Positions 1 through 10,029 of a DNA stretch of 55,859 bases are shown here, in pieces. The stretch spans positions 1 to 55,859 of the forward strand of contig MHWN01000005.1 of assembly GCA_001825395.1 (NCBI GenBank), in the 5' to 3' direction. Source of the stretch: Candidatus Zambryskibacteria bacterium RIFCSPLOWO2_02_FULL_39_26. Its GTDB lineage: Bacteria > Patescibacteriota > Minisyncoccia > Phycocordibacterales > DATDWN01. How positions within the stretch are numbered: the stretch's first letter is position 1; every line of letters starts with the position of its first letter. The position numbers and the translations under genes are program-made. The notes below the pieces were generated by a model. The model worked only from the letters and a program-made list of their open reading frames with translations, had not been told where the DNA came from and did not search any database.

Positions 1-86
1 TACCGATTTTGAAAATAGGTTCGGATTTGGTACAATAGACACACCAAAATTTTTACAAAAAATTCTAATGGTTGTATAATACTTTC

Positions 87-425
87 ATGGTCATTACTCG
101 TAAAAGCACATTTTTTCTTGGGATTTTTATTTTTCTCATCCCGTTTTTAGGTGTGCCGACTTCTTGGAAAACAGTTTTTGTGGTCCTATCGGGTCTTTTC
201 CTTATATTTTTGTCTATCAAGATTGTCTTACCGAAAAAAAATATAAAAATAGTAAAACGCAAAGACAAAACACCCACAGTTTTTACAGAAATTCCACAAG
301 CTTCATACGTACCGCCGACCCCGCCTCCTATACCAGACAGTGTCGTTCCTAACGCAGGAGCGTTTGTGGACATCCAACCGAAACCACGTCGAAAACCTGC
401 TCCAAAGAAAACAGAAATAGTATGA
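87..425 (+). CDS. Small membrane protein with two N-terminal TM helices and a Pro/Lys-rich tail
   Basis: ORF 72..425. ATG at 87 preferred because it lies 6 nt after TATAAT (75-80). Hydrophobic N-terminus. Stop overlaps the next start (ATGA). Confidence 0.7.
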   Translation: MVITRKSTFFLGIFIFLIPFLGVPTSWKTVFVVLSGLFLIFLSIKIVLPKKNIKIVKRKDKTPTVFTEIPQASYVPPTPPPIPDSVVPNAGAFVDIQPKPRRKPAPKKTEIV

Positions 426-1672
426 GAGCTATTTTAGCGAAGAATAGACAGGCAGTATTGCTATCTGTCGTTTTACTTTTTTTCCTGGTCTTTTTTTTTA
501 TTTTATTACCCAAAGCATTAAGTGACCATTATGTTTTTAGTTTAGAAAATTCAACAAGTTCTCTTTCCGCTATAGCCCCAGAGAAAATTATTTTTACACC
601 TTCTTATGTTTCCACTCCCAAACCGGTCAAAGGCATTTATTTAACTAGCTGGACAGCTTCAAATGTCAAACTGCGGAATGATCTAGTCAAGCTCATAGAT
701 GACACAGAAATTAACGCAATTGTTATAGATATAAAAGACTATAGTGGGAAAATTGTCTTTCCGGTGGAAAATGCCGCTCTTAAACAATACGGTTCGGAAG
801 ATATCCGCAATCCCGATTTACGAGAATTTATTGAAAGTCTCCACAAAAAAAGTATTTACGTAATAGCTCGCATTGCCGTTTTTCAAGATGCATATTTCGT
901 AAAATTTCGTCCCGACCTTGCGGTCAAAAATTTGGCCGGAGAGGCAGTTTGGAAAGACTACAAGGGCATTTCTTGGATTGATCCGGGGTCACGAGAATAT
1001 TGGGATTACATAGTATTACTTTCCAAAGAAGCTCGCAAAATCGGTTTTGATGAAATTAATTTTGACTATATTCGTTTTCCGTCTGATGGAAATATGCAAG
1101 ATATTTCTTATCCATGGAGTTCAACCACGCCGAAAACTCTAGTAATGAAGAGTTTTTTCGCGTATCTTCGCGATAGCTTAATTCCCCTAGGCGACGCCTC
1201 GGGGGAAGAGAGGTTGAAAATTTCGGCAGATTTATTTGGCATGACTACTTCAGCTAAAGATGATATGGGTATCGGACAGTTATTGGAAAATACCTTCCCT
1301 TATTTTGATTATGTTTCTCCAATGGTCTATCCATCCCATTACTCGTCGAATTTTCAAGGTTTTCAGAATCCGGCCAAGTACCCGTATGAGGTTGTTCATT
1401 TTTCAATGATGTCAGCTGTGGATCGTGCCAGTAAAATGAATATGGTTACGACAACAACAGAAATAATAAACGACACAACCACTAAAGTTAGTCATATTGA
1501 GGATTTAAATTATAAAGAAAAACTCCGTCCATGGCTTCAGGATTTTAATTTGGGCGCGGATTATGGGTCGGCAGAAGTCCGGGCAGAAATAAAAGCCACT
1601 TATGACGCCGGCCTTGATTCCTGGATGCTATGGTCTGCATCAAATAAATACACCAGCGACGCTTTAGAGTAA
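422..1672 (+). CDS. Putative glycoside hydrolase (DUF4015-like TIM barrel) with an N-terminal membrane anchor
   Basis: Motifs KGIYLT, NAIVIDIKD, GFDEINFDYIRFP, SPMVYPSHY, RPWLQDF. Confidence 0.8.
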   Translation: MRAILAKNRQAVLLSVVLLFFLVFFFILLPKALSDHYVFSLENSTSSLSAIAPEKIIFTPSYVSTPKPVKGIYLTSWTASNVKLRNDLVKLIDDTEINAIVIDIKDYSGKIVFPVENAALKQYGSEDIRNPDLREFIESLHKKSIYVIARIAVFQDAYFVKFRPDLAVKNLAGEAVWKDYKGISWIDPGSREYWDYIVLLSKEARKIGFDEINFDYIRFPSDGNMQDISYPWSSTTPKTLVMKSFFAYLRDSLIPLGDASGEERLKISADLFGMTTSAKDDMGIGQLLENTFPYFDYVSPMVYPSHYSSNFQGFQNPAKYPYEVVHFSMMSAVDRASKMNMVTTTTEIINDTTTKVSHIEDLNYKEKLRPWLQDFNLGADYGSAEVRAEIKATYDAGLDSWMLWSASNKYTSDALE

Positions 1673-1737
1673 AGCTTCCAAATCTGGTGAATTTTTCGTT
1701 GCCGATTGGAAAATGCTGACATAACGAAATTTTTTGT

Positions 1738-1781
1738 CACATACGTTAAAAATATGCTATAGCATATTTTTAACGTATGTG
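1738..1781. repeat. 44-bp perfect palindrome with no spacer
   Basis: CACATACGTTAAAAATATGCTA|TAGCATATTTTTAACGTATGTG, intergenic. Confidence 0.95.
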
Positions 1782-1935
1782 TAGCTTGAAAATACTTAAA
1801 CATTTAAACATTGAAAATTATTTAAAAATTATCATCCCTTTAGGAGATTTTCCATGGGGAGATAAATTAAAAATTGGAAATTAAGGTCAGAATTGGAAAA
1901 GCAAGTGCTGAAAATACTGCCACTATAAAAAATGA

Positions 1936-3717
1936 ATGATTTGTTATATAATCATGTCAATTATGGATCCCAATCTAGTTACATATTTTGCTGAAACGGA
2001 CGCCAGAAACAAGAAGATAATGTTTGGTATTAAGGCCAAAGACAGACTAAAACACGTTTATGTTATCGGAAAAACCGGAATGGGTAAGTCAACACTTCTG
2101 GAAAATATGGCCATCCAAGACATCCAGAACGGCAACGGCATAGCTTTTATTGACCCGCACGGAGGTTCGGCTGAAAGACTTTTAGACTATGTGCCGGAAA
2201 GTCGCATAAAAGATGTTTTGTATTTTGCTCCGTTTGATTTGGAACACCCGGTCTCCTTCAATGTTATGGAAGATATCGGTGTGGACAAGCGACACTTGGT
2301 GGTCAACGGCCTGATGTCCGCCTTTGAAAAAATTTGGGTTGATGCCTGGTCTGCCAGAATGGCCTATATTTTAAACAATACTCTTCTGGCTCTTCTTGAA
2401 TTTCCGGGAGCCACTCTTTTAGGTGTAAACAGGATGCTTTCTGATAAGGATTACCGAAAAAAAGTGGTGGACAATGTTAAAGATCCGTCAGTCCGATCTT
2501 TTTGGGTTGATGAGTTTGCAAAATACACAGAGCGTTTTGCTGCTGAAGCCACTCCGGCCATTCAAAACAAAGTCGGACAGTTTACCTCAAATCCATTGGT
2601 CAGAAACATCATCGGCCAGTCATTGTCCAGTTTTGATGTCAGAAAGTTCATGGATCAGAAAAAAATTCTAATTATTAACCTTTCCAAGGGCAAAGTTGGA
2701 GAAGGAAACGCCAATCTTCTTGGCTCTTTGCTTATCACCAAAATTTATCTGGCGGCTATGTCTCGAGCCGATGCCAGCGATTCCGAGCTTGCAAAATTGC
2801 CCAATTTTTATCTTTATGTGGATGAGTTCCAGTCTTTTGCCAATAAATCCTTCGCTGATATTTTGTCTGAAGCTAGAAAATATAAACTCAACCTGACTAT
2901 CGCCCACCAATACATTGAGCAGATGGAAGAAGAGGTCAGGGATGCGGTTTTTGGAAACGTCGGAACGATGGTTACATTTCGTGTCGGAGCTTTTGATGCC
3001 GAAGTTTTGGAGAAGGAATTTGCTCCGACTTTCACAGCGGAAGACTTGGTCAATCTTGGTTTTGCTCAAATTTATCTGAAACTGATGATAGACGGAGTTT
3101 CCAGCCAGCCCTTTTCTGCCACCACATTACCCCTTCTTTCGCCTCCGGATAAAAGTTTCAGGACGGAAGTCATAAAAAATTCGCGAGAGCAATTTGCCAA
3201 ACCTAGAGCAGTTGTTGAAAAAAATATCGTAGATTGGCACGCTCCCAACATCGTATTGAGAGAAGCCAGAATGGTTGGTGAAAAACCGGTAATGCAAAAT
3301 AGCAATTCTTCAAATTCATTTTCAAAATCTATAGAAACCCAAAAAGAACTGAATGACAATAAGACGGCCTTTCTAAGAGTGGCAGAGGAATTGAAACAGA
3401 AAGAAAGGATTAAAAAAGAAAAAGATAAGCAAAATGCGGATAGAAATGCTTTAATCGAGGCAGAAAGAAAAAAACAAGAATTGATGCGTTCAAGCAAAAA
3501 AAACCCTTCTCAAGAAAATATGTCAGGCCTAAAAAGCGCCTTAGCCGGAGTTTTAAATAAAAAGTCTGAAAAACCAGCTGAAATAAAAACAGAAAAAAAT
3601 ACATCTAGTATTTCGCCGGAACGAAGTGAAGGCAATAAATCATATAAGGCAACAGCTACGACTGAAGTGCCGGAGGATGTTTTGAGAAGTATCCTCAAAA
3701 TGGATGATCAAAAATAA
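1936..3717 (+). CDS. TrwB/VirD4/HerA-like P-loop ATPase (type IV coupling-protein-like); true start probably 1954 or 1963
   Basis: Walker A GKTGMGKS, IDPHG, Walker B LYVDEFQ, SEARKY, AHQY; charged low-complexity C-terminal tail. Confidence 0.85.
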   Translation: MICYIIMSIMDPNLVTYFAETDARNKKIMFGIKAKDRLKHVYVIGKTGMGKSTLLENMAIQDIQNGNGIAFIDPHGGSAERLLDYVPESRIKDVLYFAPFDLEHPVSFNVMEDIGVDKRHLVVNGLMSAFEKIWVDAWSARMAYILNNTLLALLEFPGATLLGVNRMLSDKDYRKKVVDNVKDPSVRSFWVDEFAKYTERFAAEATPAIQNKVGQFTSNPLVRNIIGQSLSSFDVRKFMDQKKILIINLSKGKVGEGNANLLGSLLITKIYLAAMSRADASDSELAKLPNFYLYVDEFQSFANKSFADILSEARKYKLNLTIAHQYIEQMEEEVRDAVFGNVGTMVTFRVGAFDAEVLEKEFAPTFTAEDLVNLGFAQIYLKLMIDGVSSQPFSATTLPLLSPPDKSFRTEVIKNSREQFAKPRAVVEKNIVDWHAPNIVLREARMVGEKPVMQNSNSSNSFSKSIETQKELNDNKTAFLRVAEELKQKERIKKEKDKQNADRNALIEAERKKQELMRSSKKNPSQENMSGLKSALAGVLNKKSEKPAEIKTEKNTSSISPERSEGNKSYKATATTEVPEDVLRSILKMDDQK

Positions 3718-3786
3718 ATTTTAAATTTAAAATTTTAAATTTAAAATTAAATTTCACTAATACTGTGACTCGTGATACAAACTAAA

Positions 3787-4959
3787 ATGGCCACAAATAA
3801 TTCAAAACGACGAATTCTCATTTTCTCTACCGCATATTATCCGTTTGTTGGCGGGGCGGAAGTGGCCATAAAAGAAATAACAGATAGGTTGGGTAACGAC
3901 TTTGACTTTGATTTAATAACCGCGAGATTACAAAAAAACTCACCAGAATTTGAAAAAATTGGAAATGTAAATGTTTATAGAACAGGTGTTGGCAGAGTTG
4001 TTTTAGATAAGTTGATTTTACCTTTTGTCGGGGTTCGGCTTGTTTCAAAGCTCTACAAACAAAATAATTATTTTTGTTTTTGGGCCATGATGGTAACTTT
4101 TGGGAGTGGTGCAGGTTTTTTATATAACATCTTTCGAAAATTATCAGGAAGAAAAAAGATACCAATCATTTTGACTTTGCAAGAAGGGGATTCGGAAAGT
4201 CACCTTAAATACAAATGGGCAGGTCTTATCGCTCTGTCTTGGAAACTGGCCCTTTGGCAGACAGATTTTTTAACAGGTATTAGTAACTTTTTATTAAATA
4301 AGGCAAAGAGAAATGGTTATAAGAAGAAAGTTTTTTTGGTACCGAACGGCGTGGATGTTAGAATTTTTTCTCAAAAGATTGAGGACAAAACCAAAATAGA
4401 AATAAAAAAAAGTTTGGCCAAAAAAGAAGGTGATGTTTTTCTGGTAACATCGGGCCGTTTAGCCAGAAAGAATGCCATTGATGATATTATTTCGGCTCTG
4501 ACTCTTTTACCTGAAAATATTTCTCTTTTAATAATCGGCAAAGGAGATGAAGGGCCGAATTTACAAAAACAAGCCAAAGAACTTAAAGTTTCAGACAGAG
4601 TAAAATTTCTGGGCTTTCTGCCGTACAAAGATATTCCTAAATATCTTTCTGTTTGCGACATTTTTATAAGGCCAAGTCGGTCTGAAGGTTTTGGCAATTC
4701 GTTTATTGAGGCCATGGCCGCGGGTTTGCCGGTTATTGCCACTCCGGTTGGAGGTATTCCGGATTTTGTAGACGACAAAGAAACTGGTTTTTTTGCCTCG
4801 CCAGATAACCCCCAAAGTATTAAAGTGGCTGTTATGACCCTGCTAAACGACAAGACTTTAAGGGATAATATCGTCCAAAAGGCCCAAAATCGCGTATTAG
4901 GGGGCTATTCCTGGGATCGCATAGCAAATCAAATGGGAGCTGTTTTTGACCGAATTTAA
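3787..4959 (+). CDS. Glycosyltransferase family 4
   Basis: GGAE N-terminal motif, PNGVD, SRSEGFGNSFIEAMA. Confidence 0.9.
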   Translation: MATNNSKRRILIFSTAYYPFVGGAEVAIKEITDRLGNDFDFDLITARLQKNSPEFEKIGNVNVYRTGVGRVVLDKLILPFVGVRLVSKLYKQNNYFCFWAMMVTFGSGAGFLYNIFRKLSGRKKIPIILTLQEGDSESHLKYKWAGLIALSWKLALWQTDFLTGISNFLLNKAKRNGYKKKVFLVPNGVDVRIFSQKIEDKTKIEIKKSLAKKEGDVFLVTSGRLARKNAIDDIISALTLLPENISLLIIGKGDEGPNLQKQAKELKVSDRVKFLGFLPYKDIPKYLSVCDIFIRPSRSEGFGNSFIEAMAAGLPVIATPVGGIPDFVDDKETGFFASPDNPQSIKVAVMTLLNDKTLRDNIVQKAQNRVLGGYSWDRIANQMGAVFDRI

Positions 4960-4967
4960 GCAATAAT

Positions 4968-5978
4968 ATGGCTAAAATCCTTATTACAACAGGCATATAT
5001 CCGCCAAAAATTGGCGGACCAGCTCAATATGCAAAGAATCTCAAATTAGCTTTTGAAAGTCAGGGAAATACTATTGCAGTTAAAACCTACAATCTGGAGA
5101 ATTATTTACCTACCGGGTTCCGTCATGCTTATTTTTTTCTAAAAATTATTCCAAAAATTCTTTCCTCTGATTGGGTTCTAGCCCTAGATACGTTTTCTGT
5201 CGGCTTGCCGACCGTTTTGGCTTCAAAGATTTTTAGAAAAAAATGCCTTATACGAACGGGAGGAGATTTTCTTTGGGAACAATACGTGGAAAGAACCGGC
5301 AAAAAAATTATGTTTCGAAATTTCTATAAAGAAGAACTAGAACGTCTCTCAATCAAAGAAAAAATAATCTTTAACTTGACCCAATGGACACTCAACAAGG
5401 CGGACGGTATTGTTTTCTCAACTGACTGGCAGAGAGAAATTTTTATCTCGGCTTACAACTTGAAAGAAGACAAAACTTTTGTTGTGGAAAATTATTATGG
5501 TTCAAAAGAGGGAATTTTTGAGCCAAATTCAAAAGTTTTCGTGGCTTCAACTAGAATATTAAAATGGAAAAATCTTGATACCATAAAAAAAGTTTGGAAC
5601 AGAATTAAGACCTCTTATCCTGACGCTGAATTGTTTACCAAAAACCTGCCATACCCGAAATTTATGGAAAAAATAAAACACTCTTACGCCATAGTCCAAG
5701 TGTCATTGGGTGATATAAGCCCGAACATGATACTTGATGCCATTCGCTACAACAAACCATTTATTTGTACCAAGGAAATTGGAATTTATGACAGAATTAG
5801 AGATATTGGAATTTTTGTCAATCCACTAAACGAAGAAGAAATAGAAAATGCCATATTGAAACTTCTGGATCCAGAGGAATATAAACGAGTAATTGACAAG
5901 ATAAAACAGTTTAACTTTACTCATACTTGGCAGGAAATGGCTGGAAAATTTATAGATATTTATAAAAATCTTAAATAA
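4968..5978 (+). CDS. GT4-like glycosyltransferase with a shortened C-terminal domain
   Basis: GIYPPKIGGPAQY; acidic motif reads DISPNMILD instead of EX7E. Confidence 0.75.
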   Translation: MAKILITTGIYPPKIGGPAQYAKNLKLAFESQGNTIAVKTYNLENYLPTGFRHAYFFLKIIPKILSSDWVLALDTFSVGLPTVLASKIFRKKCLIRTGGDFLWEQYVERTGKKIMFRNFYKEELERLSIKEKIIFNLTQWTLNKADGIVFSTDWQREIFISAYNLKEDKTFVVENYYGSKEGIFEPNSKVFVASTRILKWKNLDTIKKVWNRIKTSYPDAELFTKNLPYPKFMEKIKHSYAIVQVSLGDISPNMILDAIRYNKPFICTKEIGIYDRIRDIGIFVNPLNEEEIENAILKLLDPEEYKRVIDKIKQFNFTHTWQEMAGKFIDIYKNLK

Positions 5979-5979
5979 C

Positions 5980-7137
5980 ATGAAAGTTTTATCCATAAGC
6001 ACAGATAGAAAATTATTTGAGGATGGAAGCACAGTACTTTCCAGATCTCTTGAATATGCTAAAAAGATGGACGAGTTACATATAGTCGTTTTCACGACAA
6101 GTCAAAAGTCTAAAGCCGAAAGTAAAAAAGTTGGAAGTAATTTATTTCTTTATCCCACTAACTCAATTAGTAAGTTGTTCTATATTTTTGATGCTATAAA
6201 GATCGGGAGCCAAATTATTGGAAATTGGAAATTGAAAATTGGAAATTTAAGTGATGCCGTTTTGTCTACTCAAGATCCCTTTGAGACAGGTTTTGTCGGG
6301 ACGAGACTAAAAAAAAGGTTTGGTCTGCCCCTTCAAATCCAAATTCATACCGATTTTTTCAGTTCACATTTTAAAAACTCAATTTTAAATCTTGCTCGCA
6401 TATTTTTGTCAAAAATTGTTATTGCAAAAGCAGATGGTATAAGAGTAGTAGCCGATTTTCTAAAGGAATCTCTAGTCAAACATTTTCCAAAAACAAAAAA
6501 CATAATAGAGATATTGCCCGTTTTTGTTGATATAGAAAAAATATCAAACACTTTGCCTAAAAGAGGTTTAAATCAGGAATTTCCCAAATTCAAATTTATT
6601 ATTCTGATGGCTTCCAGACTAGCAAAGGAGAAAAGAATAGATATTGCTCTAAAAGCTTTTAAAAATGTTTTAATAAAATTTCCTCATAGTGGTTTAGTGA
6701 TTGCTGGTTCTGGGGAACAGAAACGCGCTCTGGAAAATATGGTCATTAAGTTGAGGTTGGAGAACAATGTTGTTTTTGTTGGCTGGCAGAAGGATCTGGT
6801 GCCGCTCTATAAATCGGCCGACCTTTTTTTGGTTACTTCCGAATACGAAGGTTATGGAATGACCCTTATGGAAGCTGGAGCTAGCGGCTGTCCCATAGTT
6901 ACAACTTCTGTTGGCATTGCCAAGACCGGTCTTTTTATAAATGGCCAGAACTCCTTAGTCTGCAGGATTTGTGACACTGGATGCATATCGGCCGGTATTT
7001 TGGATATTATTTCCGATAATAGTAAAAGAGAGTTGTTTAAACATAAAATGCAGGATAGTATTAAAAGTATAGCGATATCAAAAGAAAAATACGCGGAAAA
7101 ATATGTTAGTTTGCTTAAAAAATTGCTAAATGATTGA
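5980..7137 (+). CDS. Glycosyltransferase family 4
   Basis: SRLAKEK, SEYEGYGMTLMEA. Confidence 0.9.
   Translation: MKVLSISTDRKLFEDGSTVLSRSLEYAKKMDELHIVVFTTSQKSKAESKKVGSNLFLYPTNSISKLFYIFDAIKIGSQIIGNWKLKIGNLSDAVLSTQDPFETGFVGTRLKKRFGLPLQIQIHTDFFSSHFKNSILNLARIFLSKIVIAKADGIRVVADFLKESLVKHFPKTKNIIEILPVFVDIEKISNTLPKRGLNQEFPKFKFIILMASRLAKEKRIDIALKAFKNVLIKFPHSGLVIAGSGEQKRALENMVIKLRLENNVVFVGWQKDLVPLYKSADLFLVTSEYEGYGMTLMEAGASGCPIVTTSVGIAKTGLFINGQNSLVCRICDTGCISAGILDIISDNSKRELFKHKMQDSIKSIAISKEKYAEKYVSLLKKLLND
6220..6247 (+). repeat. Heptamer tandem repeat (GGAAATT/GAAAATT x4) inside a coding sequence
   Basis: GGAAATT GGAAATT GAAAATT GGAAATT, encoding GNWKLKIGN. Confidence 0.8.
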
Positions 7138-7588
7138 AAAATTCATAAACTGGGGGTTTGAATTACTTCGCAAGCATGTTGTTCTACGCTATCTAATATC
7201 TGGTGGTTCTGCTGGAGTGACAGACTTAATCGTATTATATTTGTTGCACAATATTTTTGGTATCCACTATCTTCTTTCGGCTATCATCGCTTTTATTTTA
7301 GCTTTTATTGTTAGTTTTACTTTGCATAAATTCTGGACATTTAAAAGTCATGAACAACGGACGCACAAACAAGTGGTGATGTATCTTGGCACTTCGCTTT
7401 TGGGTCTTAGTCTCAACACTCTTCTCATGTACATTTTTGTTGACTTCATCCATGTTCAAGTTATTTTGTCTCAAATTATAGTTGGACTTCTTGTTGCCTG
7501 CTGTACTTTTTTCATTTCTCGGAATATAGTTTTCAAATATAATAAAGCCAAATATGAAAATTATAATAATTACCCAGAAAATAGATAA
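7130..7588 (+). CDS. GtrA-family small membrane protein (lipid-linked sugar flippase)
   Basis: RYLISGG, four TM segments, SFTLHKFWTF. Confidence 0.85.
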   Translation: MIEKFINWGFELLRKHVVLRYLISGGSAGVTDLIVLYLLHNIFGIHYLLSAIIAFILAFIVSFTLHKFWTFKSHEQRTHKQVVMYLGTSLLGLSLNTLLMYIFVDFIHVQVILSQIIVGLLVACCTFFISRNIVFKYNKAKYENYNNYPENR

Positions 7589-8576
7589 AAATGACACTGT
7601 CCTTGGTTTTTTCCATACTTGGCTAACAGAGTTATCTACTAAGTTCGAATCTGTAGAAGTGATTTGTTTAGAAAAAGGAAAATTTGATTTACCCAAAAAT
7701 GTTACTGTTTATTCGCTTGGCAAGGAAAGAGGAGTTTCAAAAATTAGCTTTGTAAAAAACTTATATAAATATCTTTTTTTGATTAGCGGAACATATGACA
7801 GAGTCTTTGTGCATATGAACGAGGAGTACGTTTTGCTTGCTGGGCTATATTGGAAATTGAAAGGCATCCCCGTTTATCTCTGGAGAAATCATCCAAAAGG
7901 TAGCTTGAAGACAAGATTAGCTGTTGCTATGTCTACAAAAGTATTTTGCACATCAAAATCATCTTTTACTGCAAAGTTTTCTAAAACTGTTATTATGCCG
8001 GCTGGTATTAATACAAAGATTTTCAAACCAGTCCCAGGAGTAGTTCGTCAAAAATATTCCGTTTGTATGGTTGGCAGGATTTCTCCAGTAAAACGGATAG
8101 AAGTCGCACTTCATGCGATAAAGATTTTGAGTTCTCATGGAATACAAGTTTCTTTGAGCGTTATCGGTCCAGTCGTCACCAAAGACTTACAATATTTTGA
8201 AAATCTAAAAAAATATGTTTTGGATAATAATTTATCCAAAACTATTTCTTGGAAAGAGGCAGTGAGCCCAGAAAAACTTCCAGAAATTTATAGCGGTTAT
8301 GAAATTTGTTTAAATCTGACTCCCTCTGGTTCTTTCGATAAAACAATAGTTGAGGCAAGTGCTTGCGGGACAGTGCCTTTGGTCTCAAATTCTTCACTAT
8401 CGGATTTCTTGCCGACAATCTGCATTACTGGCACTTCACCGGATGAGGTAGCGGAATCTATCCAAAGACTGTTAAAGCCAAAGGAGCAAGTCAAAATCCA
8501 AGATGAACTTAAATCTTTTATTGAGTCGCAGAGCTTAAAAGAGCTAGTTGATAGACTTGTAGTGGAAATTAAATAG
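7554..8576 (+). CDS. Glycosyltransferase family 4
   Basis: VGRISPVK, GSFDKTIVEASACG. Confidence 0.85.
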   Translation: MKIIIITQKIDKNDTVLGFFHTWLTELSTKFESVEVICLEKGKFDLPKNVTVYSLGKERGVSKISFVKNLYKYLFLISGTYDRVFVHMNEEYVLLAGLYWKLKGIPVYLWRNHPKGSLKTRLAVAMSTKVFCTSKSSFTAKFSKTVIMPAGINTKIFKPVPGVVRQKYSVCMVGRISPVKRIEVALHAIKILSSHGIQVSLSVIGPVVTKDLQYFENLKKYVLDNNLSKTISWKEAVSPEKLPEIYSGYEICLNLTPSGSFDKTIVEASACGTVPLVSNSSLSDFLPTICITGTSPDEVAESIQRLLKPKEQVKIQDELKSFIESQSLKELVDRLVVEIK

Positions 8577-8586
8577 TATTAATAAA

Positions 8587-9300
8587 ATGTATAAAAGCAA
8601 AAAAGTTAGTGTGGTTATCGGAACATATAATGAAGCAGGCTCAATTAGGTCTGTCATCCAAGGTTTTTTTGCTACCGGAGTGGTAGATGAAGTTGTAGTA
8701 GTTGATAACAACGCCCTCGGCAATACCAGAGAAGAAATTGAAAAAACTAAAGCCAAAAGGATAGTTGAGAAAAAGCAAGGCTACGGTTTTGCTTATATGC
8801 GGGGGCTGTCCGAGGTAACTGGAGATTTGATTGTTATGACAGAAGCAGACGGAACTTTTGAGCCAGAAGATATTCATAAGTTTCTTTTATATAGCGACGA
8901 CTTTTCGGTAGTTTTTGGCACGAGAACCTCACGAGCTATTATATGGTCAGATGCGTTTATGCCATTTCCTGTGCGTTTTGGAAATTGGGCTGTGGCCAAA
9001 TTTTTGGAAGTAATACATAACGGCCCGACTCTAACTGATGTAGGATGTACATATAAACTCATAAACAGAGAAGTTTTAGAAAAAATAAAACCGCTCTTTC
9101 ATTTATCAGAAGGTGGGGGGAAATGGTCTCCAGAACTTATGATTTGGACTATAAAAAAAGGATTTACTCCAATAGAAATTCCAGTAATGTTTAAACCTCG
9201 CGTTGGTTCATCAATGTATACCGGAAGTATTTGGAAAGCAGCCAAACTAGGATTTAAGATGCTCCCACTCATATTTAAATACAGATTTAAAAATTTATAA
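8587..9300 (+). CDS. Glycosyltransferase family 2 (polyprenol-phosphate sugar synthase-like)
   Basis: TYNE, VVVDN, GYG, EADG, FGTR, TDVGCTYK. Confidence 0.85.
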   Translation: MYKSKKVSVVIGTYNEAGSIRSVIQGFFATGVVDEVVVVDNNALGNTREEIEKTKAKRIVEKKQGYGFAYMRGLSEVTGDLIVMTEADGTFEPEDIHKFLLYSDDFSVVFGTRTSRAIIWSDAFMPFPVRFGNWAVAKFLEVIHNGPTLTDVGCTYKLINREVLEKIKPLFHLSEGGGKWSPELMIWTIKKGFTPIEIPVMFKPRVGSSMYTGSIWKAAKLGFKMLPLIFKYRFKNL

Positions 9301-9332
9301 AAAAACCAGCTCGCACCACTTGTGATGCGAGC
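9299..9332 (-). terminator. Intrinsic terminator for the minus-strand YdcF-like gene
   Basis: Stem GCTCGCA/TGCGAGC (9309-9332) followed on the minus strand by a T tract. Confidence 0.6.
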
Positions 9333-9336
9333 CGTG

Positions 9337-9921
9337 TCATGACGTTGGCTGATGAAAGTTCCACCGAGCCATTCGAGGGATTCCGACTGTTTTGAAAACT
9401 ACCCAACCGACAATGTTTGCAACAAACCAGATTCTCCAATTGCGTTGCAATATCATTGGGTTCTCAGGATCCTCAGCTTCTCGGGCGGGGATGGAGTGGA
9501 AGCAAATCTCTGAATTCTTGAAGAAGTATTTCCATACCATCCTACATCTGCGTGAGTGGCATTCTTCCGCCACAATCACAATAGAACTTGAATCCGAGTT
9601 TGTTTGAGCGATCAATCGTTTGATCGCCAAACATTCATCCGTTGTACTGGTGACCTTCCCAATATAGAAACTTTGCTCGGCAGGGAATATTCCCTGCTTT
9701 TCCGAAATCTCTATTGTATGGGATGGACCGTGTGCAAAGCTCCCCCAAAAAATCTTGGCATCTGGGAATCTTTGGGAGACAAGCAATACTTGCTTTACCA
9801 CTTCTTCAGATGCGTTTGTTAGGCCTGTTTTCGTGGCTCCGTAGGAGACAGCCACGATAGCCGTTACTTTCTCCGGGAGTGGGTCGTGGATTGCCCACTT
9901 CTTCAAAATCCATCCAAACAT
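9337..9921 (-). CDS. YdcF/ElyC/SanA (DUF218)-like protein; GC-richer singleton opposite to the operon
   Basis: TSTTDE, IVIVAEECHSRR; upstream GGAAGGTGAGG SD-like motif and TGnTATAAT promoter. Confidence 0.6.
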   Translation of the reverse strand: MFGWILKKWAIHDPLPEKVTAIVAVSYGATKTGLTNASEEVVKQVLLVSQRFPDAKIFWGSFAHGPSHTIEISEKQGIFPAEQSFYIGKVTSTTDECLAIKRLIAQTNSDSSSIVIVAEECHSRRCRMVWKYFFKNSEICFHSIPAREAEDPENPMILQRNWRIWFVANIVGWVVFKTVGIPRMARWNFHQPTS

Positions 9922-10029
9922 TCCTCACCTTCCTCTGGTAGCATTATATCACACCCTATAAAAAAATCAATATCGGTTTCATTTAAAAATAAGCAGATTT
10001 TTTGTTATAGTTTAAAGGAAGATACAAAT

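Noticed and set aside
1936..3717. Conjugative element implied by the VirD4/TrwB-like ATPase
   Set aside because: No relaxase, VirB4 or other transfer genes nearby; stand-alone ATPases of this type are common in CPR chromosomes.
9886..10029. N-terminal extension of the GT-C ORF from GTG 9886
   Set aside because: It overlaps the divergent gene and its promoter; ATG 10030 gives a normal TM start.
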